From the sequence record MH926059.1: a DNA stretch of 24,000 bases, one strand, 5' to 3'. Position numbers and translations under genes: made by a program. The notes under the pieces are model-generated. The model was not told the origin of the DNA. It saw only the letters and a list, made by a program, of their open reading frames with translations, and did no database searches. Below, piece after piece: positions 14,904-23,866 of this stretch; the stretch's first letter is position 1, and each line of letters starts with the position of its first letter. The DNA is from Mycobacterium phage Riparian.

Positions 14904-15839
14904 GTGATTTGGGTTAGCCTGCATACACATTCGACCTTTTCGTACGGGGACGGGTACGGGCCGGTGGGCGTTCACGTTGACAGAGTTGCAGACCTTGGCA
15001 TGACCGCGTTGGCGCTCACAGAGCACGGTAACTGCTCCAGTTGGGTCCAGCTCGAAAAGCATTGTAAGCGTAGGGAAATCAAGCCAATCTTTGGCCTGGA
15101 GGCCTACGTTGCCTCAGAGAACCAGCCACGCAAGTTCCACATGATCCTTCTCGCGAAAGACGATGAGGGACTACACAATCTGAACTGCATCATTACTGAG
15201 AGCTGGAAGACACTCGGGACTACTAGCAAATCTAAGTTTCCCACCGTTCACGCACCAGTACTGAGGAAGTACAATCGTGGCATCATTGCTCTGTCGGGCT
15301 GCGCGGACGGCCCCATCTCTTGCATCCTGTTGGGTGGAAAGTCATTGGGTGACAAACGATTGGAACCCAGAGACGGGGACATTCAACGAGCCAGGCGTGC
15401 AATTGAGAGGTTCCAGGCGATATTTGGCGACAGGTATTACCTTGAGACCCAGCGATTTTCTGGTCTCGCTCGCACTCGTGCTCTCAACCCGTGTTTCGAG
15501 GAACTTAGCAATGCAACAGGAGCACGAATGGCTGCTACTGCTGACGTGCATTATCCCTACCCGAATGACAATGAGATGCAGCGCATCTTGCACGCGGCTC
15601 ACCGTCAGAGCACTGTTGAAGTTACTGACGCTAACTGGGAGTACGACATACTGCTCACGTACCCTGAAACCGATAGAGAGGTATACAGAGACCTTGTGGG
15701 CACGGGACTCAGCACTGCGGGAGCCAAGGCCGCTGTTGAGGCCACGGCGCACATTGCAGACCAATGCAATGTAGAGCTGCCCAAAGCGCCGCCACCGAAA
15801 TATGTACCGGGGGAAAGAGATTGGGAGCCATGGACGTAG
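14904..15839 (+). CDS. dnaE: DNA polymerase III alpha, PHP domain ORF
   Basis: HTHSTFS, LTEHGN, GLEAYVA, KFHMILLAKDDEGLHNLNCI, ADVHYPY; GTG start at 14904 favoured. Confidence 0.85.
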   Translation: MIWVSLHTHSTFSYGDGYGPVGVHVDRVADLGMTALALTEHGNCSSWVQLEKHCKRREIKPIFGLEAYVASENQPRKFHMILLAKDDEGLHNLNCIITESWKTLGTTSKSKFPTVHAPVLRKYNRGIIALSGCADGPISCILLGGKSLGDKRLEPRDGDIQRARRAIERFQAIFGDRYYLETQRFSGLARTRALNPCFEELSNATGARMAATADVHYPYPNDNEMQRILHAAHRQSTVEVTDANWEYDILLTYPETDREVYRDLVGTGLSTAGAKAAVEATAHIADQCNVELPKAPPPKYVPGERDWEPWT

Positions 15840-16216
15840 AGCGTGTGGACGCACACGAGGAGCTAGTTGAGAAAGTTAAACGGCTCCTAAGACGTAGGGG
15901 CTGGGACATCCTAGTCATTGCGAGGCTAGGCGGTTGGGTGGAGGCAGTGGACTTCTTTGCCTTCAAGCCAGATCGGGGCGTGGCAGGCATCATCTGCCAC
16001 GTCAAAGAGGGGCAGGACTACTGTCTGCGGGCCGCACAGGCTGAACGCTGTGTAGACTGGGACAGCCCGGCATACGTGGTCTATAGCAACGGGGCCACGA
16101 TACCGGCCAAAGACCTAGCAGCACATGGGCGCAAAGAGCAGTACGCAGGCCACCACCCGTTCTACAGGTACATAGGGACCAATAGGGTGTACACGTTCAA
16201 CGAGGTGTTCCGGTGA
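15830..16216 (+). CDS. Small protein, possibly nuclease-like, between the two polymerase ORFs
   Basis: 128 aa MDVERVDAHEELVEKVKRLLRRRGWDILVIARLGGWVEAVDFFAFKPDRGVAGIICHVKEGQDYC...; VRR-NUC/resolvase-like layout is only suggestive. Confidence 0.6.
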   Translation: MDVERVDAHEELVEKVKRLLRRRGWDILVIARLGGWVEAVDFFAFKPDRGVAGIICHVKEGQDYCLRAAQAERCVDWDSPAYVVYSNGATIPAKDLAAHGRKEQYAGHHPFYRYIGTNRVYTFNEVFR

Positions 16217-18525
16217 CGAAACCTGTACTGTCAGAGCAGGAGACTGAGAAACTCTTCAAGTTCTGGCTTGCCGAAGGGTTCAAGTTCCGTAGGCGCACTA
16301 GCAAAGAGATGCAGGCCGAACCTAAGAAGTACCAAGAGCGCCTGCGCATGGAATTCGGCGTAATCCGTAGCGTACCAGGGTATATCGACTACTTTCTCAT
16401 GGTGAGCGACCTGGTGCGTTGGGCCAAAGACAATGGCATTCTAGTGGGTCCAGGCCGTGGTAGTGCAGCCGGTAGTCTGTGTTGTTGGCTTTTGCGTATC
16501 ACCGAGATTGACCCACTGCTGTACCCCATGCTCTTTGAGCGGTTCCTGGACCCTACGCGTACAGACCCTCCAGATATCGATATCGACTTTGAGGACGAGA
16601 GGCGTTGGGAGGTTATTCAATACGCCCAGGAGAAGTACGGATACGATAGGGTTGCTAACATTCTGACGTTCACCCGGTACAAGGGCAAGAACAGCCTGGA
16701 TGACGTAGCGCGCGTATACGAAATCCCAGAGTGGAAGATTGAGAGCATCAAGGGTAAGCTCGTGGAGCGGCAAGACGGCCACCCACGGTTCTCCATGACA
16801 CTGCTTGACACCTTCGATAGCTACGACGACGTTGCCGAAACAGTTAGGCGTACACCTGAATTGCAGTACGCGCCACGGCTGGAGGGCATCAACGGGCAGT
16901 CCAACTACCGTACGGCCGGTATCCACCCCGCTGGCATTGTGATCAGTGGCGTACCGTTGACTCAGATTACAGCCACCTACGAAAAGCAGAGTGGTGCCCA
17001 GCGCGGAAGCGGCGTTGCGTACGACAAGAAAGACAGTGAGTACCTAGGTCTTCTGAAGGTTGACTTCCTTAGCCTAACTACGCTTACCGGCATCCGAGCG
17101 ACATTGGAACACCTACAGTGGGTGCGTGACCGAATCGGCATGACTATCGAGGAGTTCTACCAGATACCACTAGATGACCCTAAGGTTTTCGAGGCGTTTC
17201 GCGCTGGTGACGTGTTGGGCATCTTCCAGTTTGAGGGTGTGGCAACACGGCGCGTGCTCAAAGGCGTACAACCAGATAAGTTTATGGACCTGGTAGACGT
17301 AAACGCACTGAGCCGCCCTGGTGGCGACGATACGGCGTACATCAAGGCCAAGAGCACAGGCCAGCTGCCAGAGCCGGTCCACCCTACAGTTGACGACCAC
17401 ATCCAATGGACCTGGGGCACTATCGTTTACCAGGAGCAGATTCTTCTAATCCTTAGGGACTTTGGAGGATTCGCGCCGGCTGAGGTCAACCGTATTAGGA
17501 AGATCATCTCGGCCAAGGAAGACTCCAGTGTCTTCAACGAGTTCCTCGAAAGGTTCGTGGAAGGTGCTGCGTCTCACGGCGTTTCACGCGAGAAGGCCGT
17601 GGGTGTGTGGCAGAAGATGGTCAACGCCACAGGGTACGCGTTCAACATCAGTCACGCTGTGTGTTATAGCGATACGGCCTACCGTCAGATGTGGCTTAAG
17701 GTGTACTACCCTGAGTTCTACCTAGGGCAGCTACTCAAGTGCCCCGACACAGCAGAAGGCTTGGAGCGCCGTAGGAAATTGATCGTGGAGGCCGAACGCA
17801 AGGGTATTAAGGTCAATAGCCTGGATTTGCATGAGTCACAGGCAGGCTGGAGCTTGCGCGGCGGCAGCCTGTACGCTGGCTTTACAGCCGTGAAGGGCAT
17901 TGGCCTCAAGACCGCTGAGAAGATTGTCCAGTGGCGTGATGAACACAAAACAGAGGCTCTTGAGTGGTCTAGCCTTACAGCCGTTTCTGGCATTGGTGAC
18001 GGCAGAGTAAAGGTGATGCGCCAGTTCGCAGAAGACGATGACCCGTTTGGCGTGCTGGCCACCAAACGCCTACTTGATAGCATACGTAGGGAATTTGAAG
18101 CAGGCAAATTTCCTGGTGTTCCAGAGCCAACACACGTCAGCATCGATATTGTGGAAGAGGATGAGTACGTAGTCTTTATGGGCGTGCTGCGCAAGAAGAC
18201 CTACAAAGACACTGTGCAGCAGCGTCTTAAGTACGGGGGAGACGGCCTCACCCGAGAGAAAATCCTAGAGGAGCTAGATGAACCGCACCTACTGAAGTAC
18301 GCAACCTTGGACGTCGACGACGAGTACGACGAGCCAATACGCTTGCGGGTGAGCCGGAAGAAGTACCCACAGTACGCCGGTCTTATTGCCAACGCCCGCT
18401 CTGGTGTGGACGTAATCCTGGTGACAGGCTACGTGACTCACTTTGGAGGCTTGGCCATTCAGGTCAAGGAACTGATCGTAATCAATCCGGAAGAGGATGA
18501 AACACAGGATGACTTATCGTTCTGA
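16213..18525 (+). CDS. dnaE: DNA polymerase III alpha, polymerase core ORF
   Basis: ILVGPGRGSAAGSLCCWLLRITEIDPLLYPMLFERFLDP...PDIDIDF, YLGLLKVDFLSLTTLTGI, ALSRPGGDDTAYIKAK, NISHAVCY. Confidence 0.93.
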   Translation: MTKPVLSEQETEKLFKFWLAEGFKFRRRTSKEMQAEPKKYQERLRMEFGVIRSVPGYIDYFLMVSDLVRWAKDNGILVGPGRGSAAGSLCCWLLRITEIDPLLYPMLFERFLDPTRTDPPDIDIDFEDERRWEVIQYAQEKYGYDRVANILTFTRYKGKNSLDDVARVYEIPEWKIESIKGKLVERQDGHPRFSMTLLDTFDSYDDVAETVRRTPELQYAPRLEGINGQSNYRTAGIHPAGIVISGVPLTQITATYEKQSGAQRGSGVAYDKKDSEYLGLLKVDFLSLTTLTGIRATLEHLQWVRDRIGMTIEEFYQIPLDDPKVFEAFRAGDVLGIFQFEGVATRRVLKGVQPDKFMDLVDVNALSRPGGDDTAYIKAKSTGQLPEPVHPTVDDHIQWTWGTIVYQEQILLILRDFGGFAPAEVNRIRKIISAKEDSSVFNEFLERFVEGAASHGVSREKAVGVWQKMVNATGYAFNISHAVCYSDTAYRQMWLKVYYPEFYLGQLLKCPDTAEGLERRRKLIVEAERKGIKVNSLDLHESQAGWSLRGGSLYAGFTAVKGIGLKTAEKIVQWRDEHKTEALEWSSLTAVSGIGDGRVKVMRQFAEDDDPFGVLATKRLLDSIRREFEAGKFPGVPEPTHVSIDIVEEDEYVVFMGVLRKKTYKDTVQQRLKYGGDGLTREKILEELDEPHLLKYATLDVDDEYDEPIRLRVSRKKYPQYAGLIANARSGVDVILVTGYVTHFGGLAIQVKELIVINPEEDETQDDLSF

Positions 18526-19024
18526 AACAGTAGACAAGGCATTTCAGAAGGCCCTTGAGACACTACGCGGCTGGGAGAACGTTCACAGTGCCGTTGTGGA
18601 CTTTGGCATGGGGGACAGTGCCTCTCGAGAGCTGCCCCACGACAAGGTGGTGACAGACAACGTGCCCCTTGACGATGGGGCAAACGCTATCGGCAGCTAC
18701 GTTGTTGGCACGGCACCTGTCCATGAGCTCGTTCACCCCTTTGACGACCGGAGACGGTGGGCTCGTATCTACAAGAGCGAAGGGAAGCATAGGGTCCTAT
18801 TGGATTTGGACTGCCCGCACGTGTACGTTCCCAGCAGCACACTGGGCCACGGGCACTTGATCATTGACGTGCCACAGGACTGGAGCACCTACAAGCGCTT
18901 GCTGCAGCTGTTGGGAGACATGGGGATTCTTCAGTACGGCTACGTGGACGCCAGCTTCAGGCGGGAGGAAACGTGGTTGCGTGCGCCGGGAGTGTCCAAG
19001 AGCCAGGGAGGTTTGGGACTGTGA
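18509..19024 (+). CDS. Hypothetical protein
   Basis: Overlaps the polymerase stop; MTYRSETVDKAFQKALETLRGW...; alternative ATG at 18497. Confidence 0.65.
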   Translation: MTYRSETVDKAFQKALETLRGWENVHSAVVDFGMGDSASRELPHDKVVTDNVPLDDGANAIGSYVVGTAPVHELVHPFDDRRRWARIYKSEGKHRVLLDLDCPHVYVPSSTLGHGHLIIDVPQDWSTYKRLLQLLGDMGILQYGYVDASFRREETWLRAPGVSKSQGGLGL

Positions 19025-20022
19025 GCGACGCAGACACACTCATCAGCACGACCCTGACACACGTCATGAACCAAGGCATGTACATTGCAACCGAGAAGGA
19101 TTCGTCTTGGGAGCTGTGCGACTACCAAACAGTGCCCATGACAGACATCAGGTCTCGTATCTTCACCAACCCTAACAGGCCACTGAACATCGTGACGGCC
19201 GTAGCTCGCTTCACCTGGTTGGTGGCGGGCAACAATCGTGTTGAGGACATAGCGTTTTACGAGCCAAAGGTCCGTAACTTCAGTGACGACAAACTCACCG
19301 TTCCTGGAAGTGATTACGGCCTTAGGATCTTCCAGCCACGACCGGGCCTGAACCAGATCGAGGGAGTCGTTGAGCGGCTACGCCATTCACCGTACTCCAG
19401 GCAGGCAGCTGCGGTTGTGTGGCAACCGGAAGACGCTGTGCGCCAAAGTGGAGATATCCCTTGCACATTCGGCATGTTCTTCAGGCTCAGGCCCTGCCTT
19501 GGGGAGCACGCCTACGCGTTGCACATGACCACAGTCATGAGGTCCAATAACGCTTTCCGTATCCTGCCGTTCAACATCTTTGAGTTCACAATGCTACACG
19601 AGCTGGTGGCTGCTGAACTTGGTGCTGGCCTAGGGAGCTACAAGGTGTGGGCTGCCTCGATGCACGCGTACGACAACCCACGCGAAACGCCTGCCACGAG
19701 GGCTATTGCGGATGGTGAAGTGTTCAAGAGCATTAGGATGGACCCTATGCCTCAGCGAGATGGTTCACCCCTTGGCACAGACCCGTTGGTGTGCGCACGG
19801 CACTTGGCCATACTGGAGGCTAGCCTACGGCACGCCTGTGACGAAGACGAATACGGCAGTATCGTTTTGGAGGCCTTCAATGTGCTGCCCAATTACTGGC
19901 TTGACCTGTTTGGCGTGCTTGCAGCCTGGGGAGCGGCCAAGCGTAACTGGGGACCACAGTACAGCATGATTAGCAACAGCGACATACGGGACCTAACGGC
20001 AGCTGTCTGCCAGAAAGTGTAA
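19021..20022 (+). CDS. Divergent thymidylate synthase / pyrimidine hydroxymethylase family protein
   Basis: NIVTAVARFTWLVAGN, SRQAAAVVWQPEDAVRQSGDIPCT, MRSNNAFRILPFNIFEFTMLHELVAAELG, ASMHAYDN align by eye to ThyA motifs. GTG start overlaps the previous stop. Confidence 0.75.
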   Translation: MSDADTLISTTLTHVMNQGMYIATEKDSSWELCDYQTVPMTDIRSRIFTNPNRPLNIVTAVARFTWLVAGNNRVEDIAFYEPKVRNFSDDKLTVPGSDYGLRIFQPRPGLNQIEGVVERLRHSPYSRQAAAVVWQPEDAVRQSGDIPCTFGMFFRLRPCLGEHAYALHMTTVMRSNNAFRILPFNIFEFTMLHELVAAELGAGLGSYKVWAASMHAYDNPRETPATRAIADGEVFKSIRMDPMPQRDGSPLGTDPLVCARHLAILEASLRHACDEDEYGSIVLEAFNVLPNYWLDLFGVLAAWGAAKRNWGPQYSMISNSDIRDLTAAVCQKV

Positions 20023-20026
20023 GGCC

Positions 20027-20605
20027 ATGGGACGCAAGACCAAAAAGCAAAAGCAGAGGGCGAAAGCCAAAGCAACACAGGCACAAACGCCGGCTGCCAA
20101 GCCAAAGCCCAAGACCCAGTTTCCTAGTAACGCTAAGAAACCGTTACAGGTGGTGAACGGGCCGTCGACGCCCCAGGAAGATGCTGCGGCCAAACTGCAG
20201 AAGTTGGCAGAGACTTTGCGTAGTGCCGGTACAACTTTGGGTGACCCACGGCGAAGGCCTAGCCAGATGCCTCAACAACAACTGAGGCCAGAAGTGGGGA
20301 AGTTCAAGAAGGCCAAGCCTTCTGAGTACCAGCAGGAGCAAGCTGTGTTGCGACTGCAGGCCCTGCAGAACTTCCTGCACGCCAAGCCCAAGCCTATCCT
20401 GAATCAGCTTGAAGAGCTAGGTGTTCGGATTGTGCCCTTTCAGGCATCGTTCGGGCCGGACGGTATTGAGCAGGCCATGCTGATCCCAATGCGAGATATT
20501 GCGCGTGCGGATGCCGAAATCGCTAGCAGAGGTACGCTTTACGATCAACTGTACAGAGGGGAGGACCCAAGCAAGATCACACTGCCAGAACCCAAGAAAC
20601 CCTAA
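20027..20605 (+). CDS. Hypothetical protein with a Lys-rich N-terminus
   Basis: MGRKTKKQKQRAKAKATQAQTPAAKPKPKTQ... Confidence 0.65.
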   Translation: MGRKTKKQKQRAKAKATQAQTPAAKPKPKTQFPSNAKKPLQVVNGPSTPQEDAAAKLQKLAETLRSAGTTLGDPRRRPSQMPQQQLRPEVGKFKKAKPSEYQQEQAVLRLQALQNFLHAKPKPILNQLEELGVRIVPFQASFGPDGIEQAMLIPMRDIARADAEIASRGTLYDQLYRGEDPSKITLPEPKKP

Positions 20606-20620
20606 GCAACACAGAAAAGG

Positions 20621-21598
20621 TTGGTGAAAAACCAGATGTGGGCAACTCTTTGGTTGGCCTTCGTCCTGCTCGTGACGATTGGCTTTGCCGTATGGTTCCT
20701 GTTCTTCCCGATCACCAAAGAACGGGAAGTGTCCTACGGACGCTACGAGAAACGTACGTTCCGTAACCCAGCAGCTCTGATTGGCCTTGGCACCTCAGCT
20801 TTGGTGTTCCTGATCAGTTTGGTGTTGGCTTGCACCACGATTGTGGGCACGCGACAGGTTGGCATTGTGACACAGTGGAATCGGCCGACAGGCGAAACCC
20901 TTAGCAACGGATTGCATTTCATTCTGCCGTGGACCTCAGTGCATGAGATGGACGCCGCCATTCAGAACGACGTGTACAACGGCGACCACAGAATTCAAGT
21001 GCGCCTAGGGAACAACAGCACTGCCATGGCAGACGTGAATGTGCGCTGGGAAATCAAGCCGGATCAAGCCGACGAGCTGTTCCAGCAGTACAAGACGTTC
21101 GACAACGTGCGGTCCAATCTTGTAGAGCGCAATCTGCGTACTGTGCTCAACGAGGCGTTCATGGCGTTTGATCCTCTGGCTGGTGATCCCAAGCCACCTG
21201 TTGGGCCGGACGGCAAGCCCACGGGGCCTGCTCCAAAGCCAGTGACGCTCAGCTCGGTGACGGCAGATGCTCTTGCACAGTTGCAAGCCAAGAGTGATCA
21301 GGTCACCATCCTGGACCTGAGCGTGCCGGTGATCGACTATGACGACAACACAGAGCAGAAGATCAACGCCATCAACGCTGCTCGTGCCGACACCACCAGG
21401 GCCGAGCAAGAGGCCAAGACGGCAGAGCAGAAACGTCTTGCGGCAGAGGAATTGGCCAAACAGCCAATCCCAGACCTACGCATTGCCATTGCCGCGTGTG
21501 TCAACAAGATGGCTGAGACAGGCCAGACGCTCAACTGTTTCCCGTTGGGTAACAACGTTGTACCAACACTGCAGGTTCCAAACCCGGCTGCTCCGTAA
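20621..21598 (+). CDS. Band-7/SPFH (prohibitin/stomatin-like) membrane protein
   Basis: Two N-terminal TM segments, then VGTRQVGIVTQWNRPTGETLSNGLHFILPWTSVHEMD... and NLVERNLRTVLNEAF. Confidence 0.85.
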   Translation: MVKNQMWATLWLAFVLLVTIGFAVWFLFFPITKEREVSYGRYEKRTFRNPAALIGLGTSALVFLISLVLACTTIVGTRQVGIVTQWNRPTGETLSNGLHFILPWTSVHEMDAAIQNDVYNGDHRIQVRLGNNSTAMADVNVRWEIKPDQADELFQQYKTFDNVRSNLVERNLRTVLNEAFMAFDPLAGDPKPPVGPDGKPTGPAPKPVTLSSVTADALAQLQAKSDQVTILDLSVPVIDYDDNTEQKINAINAARADTTRAEQEAKTAEQKRLAAEELAKQPIPDLRIAIAACVNKMAETGQTLNCFPLGNNVVPTLQVPNPAAP

Positions 21599-21605
21599 GC
21601 CGGTG

Positions 21606-21645
21606 GGGTGAGCGGCACACACCAAGGTTCGAGTCCTTGGCACCC
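21606..21645 (+). ncRNA. tRNA-like minihelix (TLS) copy 12, isolated
   Basis: GGGTG-agcggcacaca-CCAAGG-TTCGAGT-CCTTGG-CACCC. Confidence 0.85.
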
Positions 21646-21679
21646 ACGGTTCAACAACCAAGTAACCCTAGGAGATACA

Positions 21680-22141
21680 GTGGCAAATCAGGGGATGTTT
21701 CCCACTCCGCACGTCTACGTTGCTTCGAGCTGGCGAAACCAATTCCAACCCAATGTCGTTCAGGCCCTAAGGGCTGCCGGCTACGCTGTGTACGACTTCA
21801 AGAACCCCAACGGTGAGAAGGGGTTTGCGTGGTCGGACATTGTAGACGACAACCACGACAGTGTGTCCACAACTGAGTACCTGGACATCATCGCTCACCC
21901 CTTGGCAGACAAGGGCTTCCAGCGAGACATGAACGCTCTGTTCGCCTCTGACATTGTGGTGCTGGTGCTGCCGTGCGAACGTGACGCTCACCTGGAGTTG
22001 GGGTGGGCCGTCGGCGCGGGCAAGCAGACGCACATTTTGCTTGACAACCCTTGTAAGGCTAGCCTGATGTACAAGATGGTGGACTTCATCCACCCGACGC
22101 TGGAGGATCTGCTTGTCACCCTAGGGGATGCTGATGCCTGA
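21680..22141 (+). CDS. Nucleoside 2-deoxyribosyltransferase-like protein
   Basis: HVYVASSWRN, LRAAGYAVYDFKNP, FQRDMNALFASDIVVLVLPCERDAHLELGWAVGAGKQTHIL. GTG start at 21680 with GGAGA, after TLS copy 12. Confidence 0.7.
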   Translation: MANQGMFPTPHVYVASSWRNQFQPNVVQALRAAGYAVYDFKNPNGEKGFAWSDIVDDNHDSVSTTEYLDIIAHPLADKGFQRDMNALFASDIVVLVLPCERDAHLELGWAVGAGKQTHILLDNPCKASLMYKMVDFIHPTLEDLLVTLGDADA

Positions 22142-22550
22142 GCAGGAGAAGACCGCCGAACAGCTGGAGGCTGAGGCCGCTGAGATGCTGGCCAAGGTGG
22201 CGGCGTTGAAGGCAAAGAAGAGGGCCAAGACAGGTAAAGCCCCTGTGCGAGAGGGCGATACGCTACGCCGCATCCAGCAAGACCAGACGGTCAAAAGCGC
22301 TACTCTGGCTAAGAGTTTCGGTGGCTACGGTGGCCGCACACTAATCAACAAGATCGAAGAGCAGATGGACCAGCGCCGGAAAGTCATGGAGTCCATCGTG
22401 GTCAAAACCGGCGAAACTAGTAGCAACGCTAACTGGTTGAAAAACAAGCACCGTCGGGAAGGTATGGCAGCAGCGCTGGCAATCCTTCGCAGTTCCAGTG
22501 TGGCGCATGAACTTCAGCGCAGCGACGAAAGGTTGGGCATCGATGGCTAA
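22134..22550 (+). CDS. Hypothetical protein
   Basis: MPEQEKTAEQLEAEAAEMLAKVAALKAKKRAKTG...; overlaps the previous stop. Confidence 0.65.
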   Translation: MPEQEKTAEQLEAEAAEMLAKVAALKAKKRAKTGKAPVREGDTLRRIQQDQTVKSATLAKSFGGYGGRTLINKIEEQMDQRRKVMESIVVKTGETSSNANWLKNKHRREGMAAALAILRSSSVAHELQRSDERLGIDG

Positions 22551-22755
22551 GAAGGGCCAAAAGACAACGGTAACGTGTGTAGGTGGACCAAAGCACATGC
22601 GTACCTTCACATACGGCAAGCCCTATCCAAAGGAGTTGCTGTTCAACGACTTCCAGAAAGGCATCCAAGAGGTGTACTACCGGAAGCCAGACAGTACAAC
22701 GTACCTGTACCAGGGAGCCAAGCCCGCGCAGCGAGTGGAGGTTGAAAATGCCTGA
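22543..22755 (+). CDS. Hypothetical protein (70 aa)
   Basis: MAKKGQKTTVTCVGGPKHMRTFTYGKPYPKELLF...; overlaps the previous stop. Confidence 0.65.
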   Translation: MAKKGQKTTVTCVGGPKHMRTFTYGKPYPKELLFNDFQKGIQEVYYRKPDSTTYLYQGAKPAQRVEVENA

Positions 22756-23002
22756 CATTCACGGCCGAAAGCTGGTGAGCGAGACTCGCTTTCACGGCAT
22801 CCAAGAGACGCGGCTGGTGATCAGCCTGGAACTGAAGGTGGACAAGGACGTTCTGGAAGAGTTGCCCAGCTACAAGCGCAAAGCCATTGCGTGGCTACGG
22901 GATACCATCGAAGAGGTGAAGACACCGCAGGGTGTGCTGGCAGCAATCGAAGAGGCTGACGGTGTTTACGTGGTAGACACCACGATTCAGGCCGCAGGCT
23001 GA
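22748..23002 (+). CDS. Hypothetical protein (84 aa)
   Basis: MPDIHGRKLVSETRFHGIQETRLVISLELK...; the upstream extension in the ORF track overlaps another gene. Confidence 0.65.
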   Translation: MPDIHGRKLVSETRFHGIQETRLVISLELKVDKDVLEELPSYKRKAIAWLRDTIEEVKTPQGVLAAIEEADGVYVVDTTIQAAG

Positions 23003-23018
23003 AAGGGGTAGGAAGACT

Positions 23019-23726
23019 ATGTCATACAGGCAGTCCACGGTTGAGCGTCCGGCCGGATACTACGGCCCAATGCGCCGTGATCTGCGAATCCACTACCCTG
23101 ACAGGCCCAAGGCAAGGCCGTTGGCAGGCGTAAACCTTACTCGGGTACCGATTCTGGCGTTTGACCCAGGCGGTACCACGGGCTGGAGCTTGCTTGTGCT
23201 GCCACGGCAGATCAGGGGCCGTGACGTGTTCAGCTACGATCCAGCGACCATACTACGCAACGCCGTTATTTGGGAGCATGGGGAGATGGTCACCACTGGC
23301 GACGAGGACGCAGCCAGCTTCCAGCTGTTCAAGATGTGCCAGGCGTGGCCAGGGGCCGCAATCGTGGTGGAAGACTTCATCTTACGTGTAGAACGAAAGG
23401 AGAAGAGCCGAGAGCTGTTGTCCCCGGTGCGCATCACCGCTAAACTTGAAGCGTACCTATGGCGTAACACCGACAGGTGCATGTTCAAGCAGGATCCATC
23501 ACAGGCCAAGCGGGTAACGGACGACCGACTGAAGGCGTTGGGAGCCATTGCAGAAGACGGCCTGCCGGACCACGCAAGAGACGCTGACCGCCACGCGGTG
23601 ATGTTCATGCGCCGGTGCATTGGCCCGCAGGGTGTCGGCCTGAAGCGTGTGGCTTGGCCAGAGCTGTACGGTGTCATTGGGGATGAGCCGGTGGACGAGG
23701 AAGAGCTGGAGGATGCCAGCGCATGA
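23019..23726 (+). CDS. RuvC-like Holliday junction resolvase
   Basis: ILAFDPGGTTGWSLLV (RNase H-fold first Asp), AIVVEDFIL (second acidic), DHARDADRHAVMFM (C-terminal acidic/His). Confidence 0.75.
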   Translation: MSYRQSTVERPAGYYGPMRRDLRIHYPDRPKARPLAGVNLTRVPILAFDPGGTTGWSLLVLPRQIRGRDVFSYDPATILRNAVIWEHGEMVTTGDEDAASFQLFKMCQAWPGAAIVVEDFILRVERKEKSRELLSPVRITAKLEAYLWRNTDRCMFKQDPSQAKRVTDDRLKALGAIAEDGLPDHARDADRHAVMFMRRCIGPQGVGLKRVAWPELYGVIGDEPVDEEELEDASA

Positions 23727-23866
23727 GCGAAATCGCAAAGGTGGCTGCCGCTACGCTTTCCGTAGTGGTGATCACAGTGGTGGGCATTATGGCCATTGTG
23801 TTCGCGGACAACGTAGGGCAGCAACCAGATTACCTTCGATGTGAAATGAGCAATAGCAGTGAGTGA
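23723..23866 (+). CDS. Small single-TM protein (47 aa)
   Basis: ATGA overlap; MSEIAKVAAATLSVVVITVVGIMAIVFADNVGQQPDYLRCEMSNSSE*. Confidence 0.6.
   Translation: MSEIAKVAAATLSVVVITVVGIMAIVFADNVGQQPDYLRCEMSNSSE

Noticed and set aside
14331-15062. Large antisense ORF (e.g. 14478..15062 on the - strand) opposite the acidic-tail gene
   Set aside because: Low-complexity Ser/Arg-rich translation is the expected antisense reading of GAC/GAG-rich acidic codons; opposing sense genes are well supported.
15830-16216. Intein interrupting the DNA polymerase
   Set aside because: The insert is a separate overlapping ORF with its own start and stop. No N-terminal Cys/Ser splice motif or C-terminal HN motif joins the two polymerase parts in frame.
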